Shown piece by piece: positions 42,340 through 50,514 of a DNA stretch of 64,000 bases. The stretch's first letter is position 1; the number at the start of each line of letters is the position of its first letter. Source of the DNA: Candidatus Woesearchaeota archaeon (GTDB lineage: Archaea; Nanobdellota; Nanobdellia; Pacearchaeales; GW2011-AR1); NCBI GenBank assembly GCA_964495875.1, contig CAZBWB010000002.1, positions 24,363 to 88,362 of the forward strand, given 5' to 3'. The translations under genes were made by a program, and so were the position numbers. A model generated the notes under the pieces. The model searched no databases, was not told the origin of the DNA, and was given only the letters and a program-made list of their open reading frames with translations.

Positions 42340-43098
42340 TTAACAATATCCGCTCGGTGAAAACACGAGACTTCTTGAAGCGAATTCAAATTTATTTCCT
42401 TTTTCTCTGTTTGTTATGATGTAAATTTTTGTATCGTCGCTTAAGAATTTTTTATCAATCTTAATATCAGGATAAAAATCCATGTAAATTGTTACATCAG
42501 TGTCTCCATAAGTCGCTTCCCATTCTAGTATACTGTTTGTAACTGCAATCAATTCATAAAGATTATTGTCAAGCACAACACTGAAAGAATCATATTTCTC
42601 TGTTTCTCCTTTTGTCAGTGTCAAGGAATAATCAAATGTAGAGACAATTCTGTCTGGAAGCAATTCTACATTCACAGGACCTTTTTTTAAATCCACACCA
42701 TATCCTTTTTTTTCATAATTTTCTTTTAAAGAATCAAAACAATCCTGGACTTCATCCTCAATTTCATTTTTTATTTCCTGTTCAATGTGTGGCTTTAATT
42801 GTGGTTCTTGAATAGAACAAAGTGCACAATATTGTGCAGTATAGCATAAATTTTTTATGTTTATATTATCAAAAGTGCTGAAGAATGCAGGTTCAAAATC
42901 TCCTCCCTGCAAAGAAATTTTTTCCACGACATCTTCAATCTCTTTTTCAGTGCATGCCTGAATGAATTCCGGAGGATTTTTCACACCTTTGCCAACTGCT
43001 GATTTTATCTGTGGAAAAAACATATATATCAAAATACCAAGCACAAAAATAACTATAGCAATTATGATAAAAATTGTAACCTGCCCCTTTTTTTCCAT
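42340..43098 (-). CDS. type IV pilin-like protein 1 (class III signal peptide), 252 aa
   Basis: MEKKG|QVTIFIIIAIVIFVLGILIYMF; first gene of the operon. Confidence 0.55.
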   Translation of the reverse strand: MEKKGQVTIFIIIAIVIFVLGILIYMFFPQIKSAVGKGVKNPPEFIQACTEKEIEDVVEKISLQGGDFEPAFFSTFDNINIKNLCYTAQYCALCSIQEPQLKPHIEQEIKNEIEDEVQDCFDSLKENYEKKGYGVDLKKGPVNVELLPDRIVSTFDYSLTLTKGETEKYDSFSVVLDNNLYELIAVTNSILEWEATYGDTDVTIYMDFYPDIKIDKKFLSDDTKIYIITNREKGNKFEFASRSLVFSPSGYC

Positions 43099-43119
43099 AT
43101 CTGATTTACGATATCTTTA

Positions 43120-43127
43120 TTTATAAA
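43120..43127 (-). promoter_or_regulatory. TATA box (TTTATAAA) of the pilin-like operon, leaderless spacing
   Basis: Centre 25.5 nt upstream of ATG 43098. Confidence 0.6.
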
Positions 43128-43324
43128 CTTTAAGAAATTTTTAATTTTTATTTACTAATCCGTCACATTTCCCCGCCACCATCCCCCAATTTTCATCATT
43201 AAAAATTTATGAATTAATAATTATTAAATAGAATTTTACACTTTTTCTCTCGCGTTAGTCCTCTGCTCAGACCAGCAATTTGCTTTTTAATTAACGCTGT
43301 TAAAACAGATAATAACTTAAATTG

Positions 43325-44050
43325 CTAATCCTCGTTTTCAACACGAGGTGCAAGAAGAAAACCAAGCTCCATATGTTCTGATTTGATAACCATTCTTAAT
43401 GGATGGTCTTCTGCAAAATTCAAAATTGTTTTTTCAACAAGTTTTGCACCCTTCATGAATTTCCCCAAATATTCCAAACTATATCTTGATTTGCAATTTT
43501 CTGCTTCAATCTTTGCTTCATCACCAGAAAATTCTGACCTTGCAGAATTAATGCCTCTGGCTTCAATAATAAACTTACTGTCCTGTATTATAAATGAACA
43601 GGCATCAGAAACAACCATACAGTCTTCTATTGAATCAATCAAATCAACCGAATTCATTTCAACTCGTGCAGTATATTCTAATGCAGGCATTTCTTTTTCT
43701 TCTGCTTCTATCTCAATCAAATTCAAATTAAAATTCCTTCTTATCCTGTCCTGAATTTGAATATTCAAAAAATTCTCTTTTTTTTCAAGTATCAATGAAC
43801 TTCCGCCTCCACATCTTTTTAAAATTCTTTTCAAATTATCAAGATTCACTCCTAAAATTTCCTCTCCTGCTTCAAATTGACTAAATGAATTCCTTGGCAA
43901 TTTGAAATTTACCATAGCGACATTGGCAGGGTCTATCGCATTAATGCTAAGTCCGAATTCATTGAACTTTATCCTTACTTCTGTTACAAGTTCTGAAAGA
44001 ATCTCAATTACCCTTGAGAATAATAATGGATTATCTAATTTAACTAACAT
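43325..44050 (-). CDS. pcn: DNA polymerase sliding clamp PCNA
   Basis: 241 aa, FSRVIEILSELVTEVRIKFNEFGLSINAIDPANVAMV... typical PCNA. Confidence 0.88.
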   Translation of the reverse strand: MLVKLDNPLLFSRVIEILSELVTEVRIKFNEFGLSINAIDPANVAMVNFKLPRNSFSQFEAGEEILGVNLDNLKRILKRCGGGSSLILEKKENFLNIQIQDRIRRNFNLNLIEIEAEEKEMPALEYTARVEMNSVDLIDSIEDCMVVSDACSFIIQDSKFIIEARGINSARSEFSGDEAKIEAENCKSRYSLEYLGKFMKGAKLVEKTILNFAEDHPLRMVIKSEHMELGFLLAPRVENED

Positions 44051-44107
44051 CTCCTAACAAAACATGTTTGTTTTTTAAGCATTATTGTGGTTTAGATAAC
44101 AGTAATC

Positions 44108-44115
44108 TTTTTAAA
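44108..44115 (+). promoter_or_regulatory. TATA box (TTTTTAAA), leaderless spacing
   Basis: Centre 25.5 nt upstream of ATG 44137; used to trim the ORF start. Confidence 0.5.
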
Positions 44116-44136
44116 TTATGGGCAGGAGATATTTTT

Positions 44137-45048
44137 ATGTTATTGGAAGAATTGACAAAAAATGAAACTCTGAATATAGATTTTCATAATCATTTGCAGA
44201 CCGGAAGCGAGTTCAGAAAGAGACCAGAAAAATTTAAGGAAAAAATAAAAAATTTATTTTTAGAAGAAGGTTTTTCAGATTTAACAGGAATATTGAATAA
44301 ATTAATGGATACAGAATTAGATATTTTATATATAACAGATACTGTTGATGGAAATGGAGATAATCAAAGATATATAAATTGGACTTCTGATGAACAAATT
44401 CAAGATGCTAGAGAAAAAGGCTATGAAATAGAACCAGGCAAATATTATGTTTTTTTCAAGAAAGAGGGAAAGATTAAGGTATTGGGAAATTCAAAAGAAA
44501 TTGAGTCAAAAGAAGGACATATTGTTTTGGCTGGAATAAAACGAAATAAGAGAATCGATTCTTCAAAAATATCTTCATTAGAAGAAGCACTGGCAGAAGC
44601 AACAGATGGAGAATTGAAAATCGCAGATCATCCATATACCCTCCTTGATGGAAAATCAGGGACTTTAAGAAGAAGTAAAAATCCTGAGCAAGATGCTAAA
44701 AAGTTTGATGCTCTTGAACAAAATGGAAATTTTTATTTTCCAATTTCAATTTCTAATATCCTGGTAAAAAGAAAAAACTACAATAAGCCCATTATATCAA
44801 ATTCAGATGGGCATCATCCAAAAGATATAGGAAAAACATATAATATTCTTGACACTCAAAATTTAGATTATAGTTCTGAACGAGCATTTCGAGATTCGAT
44901 TAATTATGAAATAAGGCAAGGAAACTTTGATACAATATTTAGTCCGATTCCAATGTGGAGAGTTTTTCATCATGCCTTGATGATGGGTATTTATATGATT
45001 AGAGATTTATATAAAAAAATATTCAAAAAAGATAATCACAATTTATGA
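44137..45048 (+). CDS. PHP-domain-like metal-dependent phosphoesterase
   Basis: Ordered His/Asp motifs IDFHNH, EGHIVLAG, IADHPY, NSDGHHPKDIG resemble PHP motifs I-IV. Confidence 0.45.
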   Translation: MLLEELTKNETLNIDFHNHLQTGSEFRKRPEKFKEKIKNLFLEEGFSDLTGILNKLMDTELDILYITDTVDGNGDNQRYINWTSDEQIQDAREKGYEIEPGKYYVFFKKEGKIKVLGNSKEIESKEGHIVLAGIKRNKRIDSSKISSLEEALAEATDGELKIADHPYTLLDGKSGTLRRSKNPEQDAKKFDALEQNGNFYFPISISNILVKRKNYNKPIISNSDGHHPKDIGKTYNILDTQNLDYSSERAFRDSINYEIRQGNFDTIFSPIPMWRVFHHALMMGIYMIRDLYKKIFKKDNHNL

Positions 45049-45216
45049 ACCAATCTGAGAATCAATTAAAATATTCTGCTGCCTGCTCCATTCTTTATCT
45101 GAATGAGTCTTTACATAATTTGCCCAGAATTTTACAAACTTTAATCTTTCTTTAAAATTTATCTCTTTATCTTTTTCCAATTCTTTAAGGTCAATTTTTA
45201 TCTTTAATTTTGTCAT
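45043..45216 (-). CDS. hypothetical 57-aa protein translationally coupled to the upstream nucleotidyltransferase-like gene
   Basis: Below ORF-track cutoff. ATGA start/stop overlap at 45213-45216; MTKLKIKIDLKELEKDKEINFKERLKFVKFWANYVKTHSDKEWSRQQNILIDSQIGS. Confidence 0.35.
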   Translation of the reverse strand: MTKLKIKIDLKELEKDKEINFKERLKFVKFWANYVKTHSDKEWSRQQNILIDSQIGS

Positions 45217-45803
45217 CTTATTATTTTAAACTTGTCACCAACATTTAATTTATCAATCAAATAAACCAATTCTTCTTTATTAAGTTTTTCTTTGAAAATG
45301 TCATATAAATGCTTGGCATCTTCTAAATCTTTTTCACTTCCTAAAAATAATTTGTAAGCAATCTGCATTTCAAAAGGAGAGATATATAATTTTCCTTTAT
45401 TCAAAATCACTTTAATTTTATTTTTAAACGAATATTTATCCAAATCATTTTTTATTTTTTTAAATTCAATGTTTGGCAGTGGCTGTCCTGTTCTTGCAAA
45501 CCTTATTGCGTGTTCTTTTAACATATCAATGGCTTCTTTTTCTTTTGAAGTATTTATGCACTCAAAACCATTCCCATATATTTTCTCCCACAATCTTTGA
45601 AATTCTCTTTCATTTATTTCTGGAACCAATAAATCTATATCTTCTGTTGCTCTTGACCTGCCAAATAAAATTGAGACATAACCTGAAACAACAACATAAT
45701 CTGTGTGTTTTTCTAAAATATCGATAAAATCCAGGACAAATCTGTCTAATTTATTTATTTCTCTGTCCAAAATTACGCTCTTTTCCTCTTTATCATATTT
45801 CAT
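45213..45803 (-). CDS. nucleotidyltransferase-fold protein (MNT/AbiEii-like)
   Basis: VVVSGYVSILFGRSRATEDIDLLV resembles the G-S...D-x-D nucleotidyltransferase core. Confidence 0.5.
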   Translation of the reverse strand: MKYDKEEKSVILDREINKLDRFVLDFIDILEKHTDYVVVSGYVSILFGRSRATEDIDLLVPEINEREFQRLWEKIYGNGFECINTSKEKEAIDMLKEHAIRFARTGQPLPNIEFKKIKNDLDKYSFKNKIKVILNKGKLYISPFEMQIAYKLFLGSEKDLEDAKHLYDIFKEKLNKEELVYLIDKLNVGDKFKIIR

Positions 45804-45856
45804 TGTCTGATAAATGTCAAAATCTATTTAAAACTTCTTGTCTTTTCACAACAAAC

Positions 45857-45864
45857 AATATAAA
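45857..45864 (+). promoter_or_regulatory. TATA box (AATATAAA), leaderless spacing
   Basis: Centre 25.5 nt upstream of ATG 45886. Confidence 0.5.
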
Positions 45865-45885
45865 CTTCTCTAATATTTTCTTTTT

Positions 45886-47139
45886 ATGTCAGATTTTAAA
45901 GAGAAAAGAGTGAGGAGTTTAACTCAGCTGTATTATTCTAAACCAGAAGTGCAAAAAGTAATTTTTGAATTTTCAAAGAACAGGGAAATCTGTCCGAGAT
46001 ATTTTGAAGGATTTGGAAAGCGTCCTGATTCTCTGCAATATCTCAGTGATTTTTTTGAATTAGTAAAAAAAGGAGCAACGTCTTTTCATTGTTCAGAGGA
46101 AATCTGGCAAGAACCATTAAATCTTTCAACAGATATGGATGAGAAAAAATTGAATGAATTAAGAATAGGGTGGGATTTGTTGCTTGATATTGACAGCAAA
46201 TATTTGGATTATAGCAAGATAATGGCAAAGATAATCATAGAAATGCTGAAATTTTGCGGAATAAAAAATATCGGTGTCAAGTTTTCAGGAAGCAAAGGAT
46301 TTCATTTAATTATTCCTTGGAAAGCATTTCCAAAAGATGTTAATGGTGTAAAAACTTCAGACATGTTTCCAGAATGGCCGAGAATAATTACAAATTATAT
46401 TACACATATGATGAAGGAAAAATTAATTGAGCAGATTAGTGAGTTGTCAAAGCCGAACAGATATGTAAGAGATTTTCAGGCTCCGAAAGAAGTAATGCCT
46501 GATTTAATTTTAGTATCTCCTCGTCATTTATTCCGGATGCCGTATTCTTTGCATGAAAAAACAGCTCTTGCGAGTGTTGTCATCAAGCCAAGTGAAATTG
46601 AAGATTTTCAGCCAAAAGATGCAGACCCTTTGAAAGTTAAGATAAAAAATTTTCTGCCTGATTCACAGGAAAATGAAGCCCGTGAACTTTTGCTGCAGGC
46701 ACTCGATTGGCATAGAGAAAATAATCCAAAAAAAGAAGAAGAAACAAAAAGAGAATTCAAGCCGATTAAAATTTCAAATTTATCTGAACAAAATTTCCCG
46801 CCATGTCTTAAAAAAATTCTGCAGGGACTTGGGGATGGAAAAAAAAGAGCCTTGTTTGTTCTGATTAACTTATTTCGTTCAGTTGGCATGGAAAAAGATG
46901 AAATTGAAAAAAGAATTGAAGAATGGAACAAGAAAAATAAACCTCCTCTAAGGAAGGGATATATACAATCCCAATTGTCCTGGAGTTTTAAAAGAAAACC
47001 AATCATGCCTCCAAACTGCAAAGAATTCTACAAGGGAATCGGAATATGCATTCCAGATGAACTCTGTAAATTAATAAAAAATCCAGTTAATTATGTGACG
47101 AAGAGGAGTTTTATAACAAATTTTAAAAACAATAATTGA
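45886..47139 (+). CDS. priS: DNA primase, PriS catalytic domain fused to a PriL-type Fe-S C-terminal domain
   Basis: PriS motifs WDLLLDIDSK, SGSKGFHLIIP, RMPYSLHEK. C-terminal FPPCLKKIL...PPNCKEF...GICIPDELC (four Cys) resembles PriL-CTD. Confidence 0.8.
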   Translation: MSDFKEKRVRSLTQLYYSKPEVQKVIFEFSKNREICPRYFEGFGKRPDSLQYLSDFFELVKKGATSFHCSEEIWQEPLNLSTDMDEKKLNELRIGWDLLLDIDSKYLDYSKIMAKIIIEMLKFCGIKNIGVKFSGSKGFHLIIPWKAFPKDVNGVKTSDMFPEWPRIITNYITHMMKEKLIEQISELSKPNRYVRDFQAPKEVMPDLILVSPRHLFRMPYSLHEKTALASVVIKPSEIEDFQPKDADPLKVKIKNFLPDSQENEARELLLQALDWHRENNPKKEEETKREFKPIKISNLSEQNFPPCLKKILQGLGDGKKRALFVLINLFRSVGMEKDEIEKRIEEWNKKNKPPLRKGYIQSQLSWSFKRKPIMPPNCKEFYKGIGICIPDELCKLIKNPVNYVTKRSFITNFKNNN

Positions 47140-47150
47140 GTTATAATGCA

Positions 47151-48941
47151 ATGAAAAAGGTGCTGATTATATCTCTGGTACTTATAATCTTTTGTGCGTA
47201 TTTTGTTATTGCTGCAAATGAAACTGTTTCTGAAAAAGGTTATTCCTGCCTGGAAAATAAGGTTGCAGGCAAATGCTCTTCTCTTTCTTCTGAAGAAAAA
47301 ATATTTTCCCTGCTTGCAATAGACAGATGCAAGACAGAAGTACTTGCTGATTCAAAAAACAAACAATGCTGGCCTGCTTCAAATTGTAAATTAAAAACAA
47401 CTGCTCAGGCAATTCTTGCTCTTAATTCTGTAAATGCAGAAACTACTGAAGCAGAGAATTGGTTACTGTCACAGACAACTTCTCCTTCAGATGTTGACTG
47501 GCTTTTGCAAATAGAAGCAGAACCGACTTCATGCTCTGTTTCTTATTTAGGCAGGTCTTATCCGATTTCAATTAATTCAGACAGGAAAATAAGCGGCAGT
47601 CCTGGAAGCTGTTTGAGAATTTATGAGAATTACTGGTTAAAAATTTCTCCTGTTTGCTATAGTGAAGAATTTGAAATTTCTTGTGACCAAACTTTTTTCA
47701 CAAATTTATTATACAAAAAGAGAGATTCAGAAATAATTTATGTTTTAAAAGGCACAAATTCTGCTTCAGGAGGAGGTGTAACAAAGGAGAAAGTAAGTTC
47801 TGTTTGCTTTAAACAAGGAGCATCATGCAATTATGAGGGAAGCTTATGGGCAGCCTATGTCTTGAACATTAAGGGGTATGACGTTTCTGCTTACCTGCCT
47901 TATTTAATAAGTATGAAAGATGAAAATTCAGAATTTCTTCCAGAATCTTTCTTATACTCTTTAACAAGTGATTTTAGAGATGAACTTTTATCTAAACAAA
48001 AAGAAAACTGGTGGTTGGAATCAAGCGATAAGTTTTATGATACAGCAGTGGCTCTTTTATCTTTGCAAAAAGAAGAACCCCAGGAAAAAACAAATGCAAA
48101 AGAATGGCTCGAAGAAGTTCAGGGAGATAACGGATGCTGGCAGAATAGTATAAGGGATACTGCATTCATTTTGTTTTGTGCATGGCCCAAAAAAATAGTC
48201 ACTCCATCTGAAACAAAACCAGATTGTGAAGATTCAGGATATTATTGTATGACTAGCACTGCCTGTCAAAAAGTAGGAGATGTTTTAACAAATTATTCTG
48301 GCTGTTTTGGAGTAAATGTTTGCTGTAGTTCAAAAAGTTTATCAGAAAGTTGCTTGACTCAGGACGGAGAAATCTGCACTTCAAATGAAATATGCAAAGG
48401 AGGAAGTTTCGTTGATGCCACTGACACTGAAAGGTGCTGTATGGGGGGAGACTGCACAAAAATAGAGGAAGAGGAAGAAGAGGAGGAAGAGGAAGAAGAA
48501 GGAAAATCAGAATGTGAAATATATGGCGGAACATGCAAATCATCCTGCTCAGAAAATGAGGAATTACGTTCATATGATTGTCCTTCTTTTGATGTCTGCT
48601 GTTTCAGCAAAGCTAAGAAAGGATATACAGGAGTTATTATTTTGGCAATTCTTATTGTTTTGACTATTCTTGGAATTATATTCAGGAAAAAACTGAGAAA
48701 ATTCCTTTTTAATCTTAAATCTAAACTAAAAGGAAAATTCAAAGGAAAATTTTTCCCAGGTTTAAGAAAAGGTCCAAAAAGAAGATTCCCTCCAGGTCCG
48801 TCTGCATTAATTAGACCAAGAACCAGACCAAGAACTATCCTGCCTCCAAGCCAGAGACCTGCAAGAAAACCTGCTCCTGTAAGAAGACCCAAAAGTGAAT
48901 TGGATGAAGTTCTTAAGAAATTAAAAGAGATGGGGAAATAA
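47151..48941 (+). CDS. surface protein: alpha/alpha-toroid-like repeats, three Cys modules, poly-Glu, TM, Pro/Arg-rich cytoplasmic tail
   Basis: Signal MKKVLIISLVLIIFCAYFVIA. Repeats KLKTTAQAILAL / FYDTAVALLSL / IRDTAFILFCAW. 12xE run. TM VIILAILIVLTILGIIF. Tail PPGPSALIRPRTRPRTILPPSQRPARKPAP. Confidence 0.65.
   Translation: MKKVLIISLVLIIFCAYFVIAANETVSEKGYSCLENKVAGKCSSLSSEEKIFSLLAIDRCKTEVLADSKNKQCWPASNCKLKTTAQAILALNSVNAETTEAENWLLSQTTSPSDVDWLLQIEAEPTSCSVSYLGRSYPISINSDRKISGSPGSCLRIYENYWLKISPVCYSEEFEISCDQTFFTNLLYKKRDSEIIYVLKGTNSASGGGVTKEKVSSVCFKQGASCNYEGSLWAAYVLNIKGYDVSAYLPYLISMKDENSEFLPESFLYSLTSDFRDELLSKQKENWWLESSDKFYDTAVALLSLQKEEPQEKTNAKEWLEEVQGDNGCWQNSIRDTAFILFCAWPKKIVTPSETKPDCEDSGYYCMTSTACQKVGDVLTNYSGCFGVNVCCSSKSLSESCLTQDGEICTSNEICKGGSFVDATDTERCCMGGDCTKIEEEEEEEEEEEEGKSECEIYGGTCKSSCSENEELRSYDCPSFDVCCFSKAKKGYTGVIILAILIVLTILGIIFRKKLRKFLFNLKSKLKGKFKGKFFPGLRKGPKRRFPPGPSALIRPRTRPRTILPPSQRPARKPAPVRRPKSELDEVLKKLKEMGK
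48465..48500 (+). repeat. (GAR)12 purine tract encoding a 12-residue poly-Glu linker
   Basis: gaggaagaggaagaagaggaggaagaggaagaagaa, in frame in 47151..48941. Confidence 0.85.
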
Positions 48942-48944
48942 ATT

Positions 48945-49148
48945 ATGGAAAGAAAACAATTCTTAAGGATGTCGATGATCTTGGGCATTGTCATTTTCTC
49001 TTTTGGTCTTGGCTGGTTTGTAGGACTTAAAGTAGGAGAAATCTATATACCTTTATGGAGGGCTTTGTTAATATTTATTGGATTTTTATTGATTCTTTTT
49101 TCATTTTATCCAACAAAGAAAAAAAGAAAGAAAATTAAATCTAAATAA
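48945..49148 (+). CDS. hypothetical 67-aa two-TM membrane protein
   Basis: Starts 3 nt after the upstream stop; hydrophobic. Confidence 0.45.
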   Translation: MERKQFLRMSMILGIVIFSFGLGWFVGLKVGEIYIPLWRALLIFIGFLLILFSFYPTKKKRKKIKSK

Positions 49149-49171
49149 CTTAATCTTCAAAGAAAAAAAAC

Positions 49172-49179
49172 TTTATTAA
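49172..49179 (+). promoter_or_regulatory. TATA box (TTTATTAA), leaderless spacing
   Basis: Centre 25.5 nt upstream of ATG 49201. Confidence 0.5.
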
Positions 49180-49200
49180 CTAACTTTCTTTTATTAGTTC

Positions 49201-50514
49201 ATGATAAAAAAGAGCATGATTGTTTTATTAATTTTATTGCTGTTTTTTCCTCTGATATCTGCAATAGAGCTTGATATGAAAACAGAATTCAGCCAAGGAG
49301 AAACACTCATGGCAAAAGTGTCTGGAAATTTTATTAATCCATTGCAAAAATCAAACATCTTCTTCTATAAGGAACATGTGAGAATACCTGTCGGATATGA
49401 CATAAAACAAATAAATGAAGATTATTACATCTATGCAATTCTCATAGGAAAAGAGCCCAGAAATTATTCTATTGCTTTGGAAAATATAAGATATATAGAA
49501 GAGGGGAAAATGAGCGAAGAGGATATAAGAAAAAATTTCACAATAAATAATCAGATGGCAGATTTTTCAATAAACCCCGGCTTTGCTTCAGGAACTGAAT
49601 TTTCCATAGGAGTCCAGAATCTCCGGGATAATGACATAACTGTTGGAATAACAACAAGCAGTGATGTAAACATTTCTGAAGAGAGTTATCTTGCATCAAT
49701 AACACTAAAATCAGGCGAAAAACAATATGCGGATTTTATCTTTAAATCTCAGGAGCCGATTTTTAAAATAATAGAATTAAGCACAGAAAATTTAAAATAT
49801 GAAGTTCCGGTTTTTATTCCTGCAACAGAAACTACCCCCCCAGCTCCACCACCAACTCCCCCGACTCCTCCAGAAGAAATTACAGAACCCACAGAAGAGG
49901 AAACATTCAAGTTTGAACCAGATGAATTGATTATTTCCACACCAACAAATGAAAACATAACAAAAACAATTTATCTTTATAACACAGGAGACGAGGCAAT
50001 TGAAAATATTACTGTCTCTTTATCCTACTCCTTGAAGAATTATGTAAATATTTCAAAAGAGAGCATTGATGTGCTTGATGCCAACTCAAATGTTCCGATT
50101 GAACTAACCTTCTTTTCAGAAGAAGAATTTGAACTTGATGGACATATAAAAGCAAGGCAGGGTGAAAAAATTATTTACTCAGTAATCTCTGTAAAATTTT
50201 TAGAAGGTTATATTCCTCCTCCAGAAGAGCCCACTCCCCAAGAGCATACTACAAAAACTTGTGCAGAATTGGGATATGCTGTTTGTTCAGGAAATGAAGA
50301 ATGCAGTAGCGATGATGTGGTCTATGCAAAAGATGATGTTTGCTGCACAGGAACATGCAAGGCAAAAGAAGAAACAGGTTCAACAGGAAGGATAATTGGA
50401 ATTGCAATTTTAATAATTGTGATTATTGTTGTTTTTTGGTTTTATAAGAAAAAATACAAAGGCACAAAAAAGCCAACCAATTTACTGAAAATAACAGGTC
50501 TCAAGAAAAAATAA
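49201..50514 (+). CDS. surface protein with beta-sandwich domains, Pro-rich linker, one Cys module and a C-terminal TM anchor
   Basis: Signal LLILLLFFPLISA. TETTPPAPPPTPPTPPEE linker. CAELGYAVCSGNEECSSDDVVYAKDDVCCTGTC. GSTGRIIGIAILIIVIIVVFWFYKKK. Confidence 0.65.
   Translation: MIKKSMIVLLILLLFFPLISAIELDMKTEFSQGETLMAKVSGNFINPLQKSNIFFYKEHVRIPVGYDIKQINEDYYIYAILIGKEPRNYSIALENIRYIEEGKMSEEDIRKNFTINNQMADFSINPGFASGTEFSIGVQNLRDNDITVGITTSSDVNISEESYLASITLKSGEKQYADFIFKSQEPIFKIIELSTENLKYEVPVFIPATETTPPAPPPTPPTPPEEITEPTEEETFKFEPDELIISTPTNENITKTIYLYNTGDEAIENITVSLSYSLKNYVNISKESIDVLDANSNVPIELTFFSEEEFELDGHIKARQGEKIIYSVISVKFLEGYIPPPEEPTPQEHTTKTCAELGYAVCSGNEECSSDDVVYAKDDVCCTGTCKAKEETGSTGRIIGIAILIIVIIVVFWFYKKKYKGTKKPTNLLKITGLKKK

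Noticed and set aside
27878-43098. The whole envelope island as a horizontally acquired genomic island
   Set aside because: Promoter geometry, codon and amino-acid style and gene packing look the same as in the housekeeping regions. No mobility genes or flanking repeats were seen.
43165-43210. Possible C/D-box sRNA on the minus strand (AATGATGA followed by a G-rich segment)
   Set aside because: Only a C-box-like element is present. I found no CUGA D box, no C'/D' pair and no terminal stem.
48465-48500. Purine-rich repeats here and in many K/E-rich tails, considered as CRISPR or satellite repeats
   Set aside because: They are in-frame coding low-complexity sequence (poly-Glu/Lys) with no repeat-spacer periodicity. 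No CRISPR array is present in the window.
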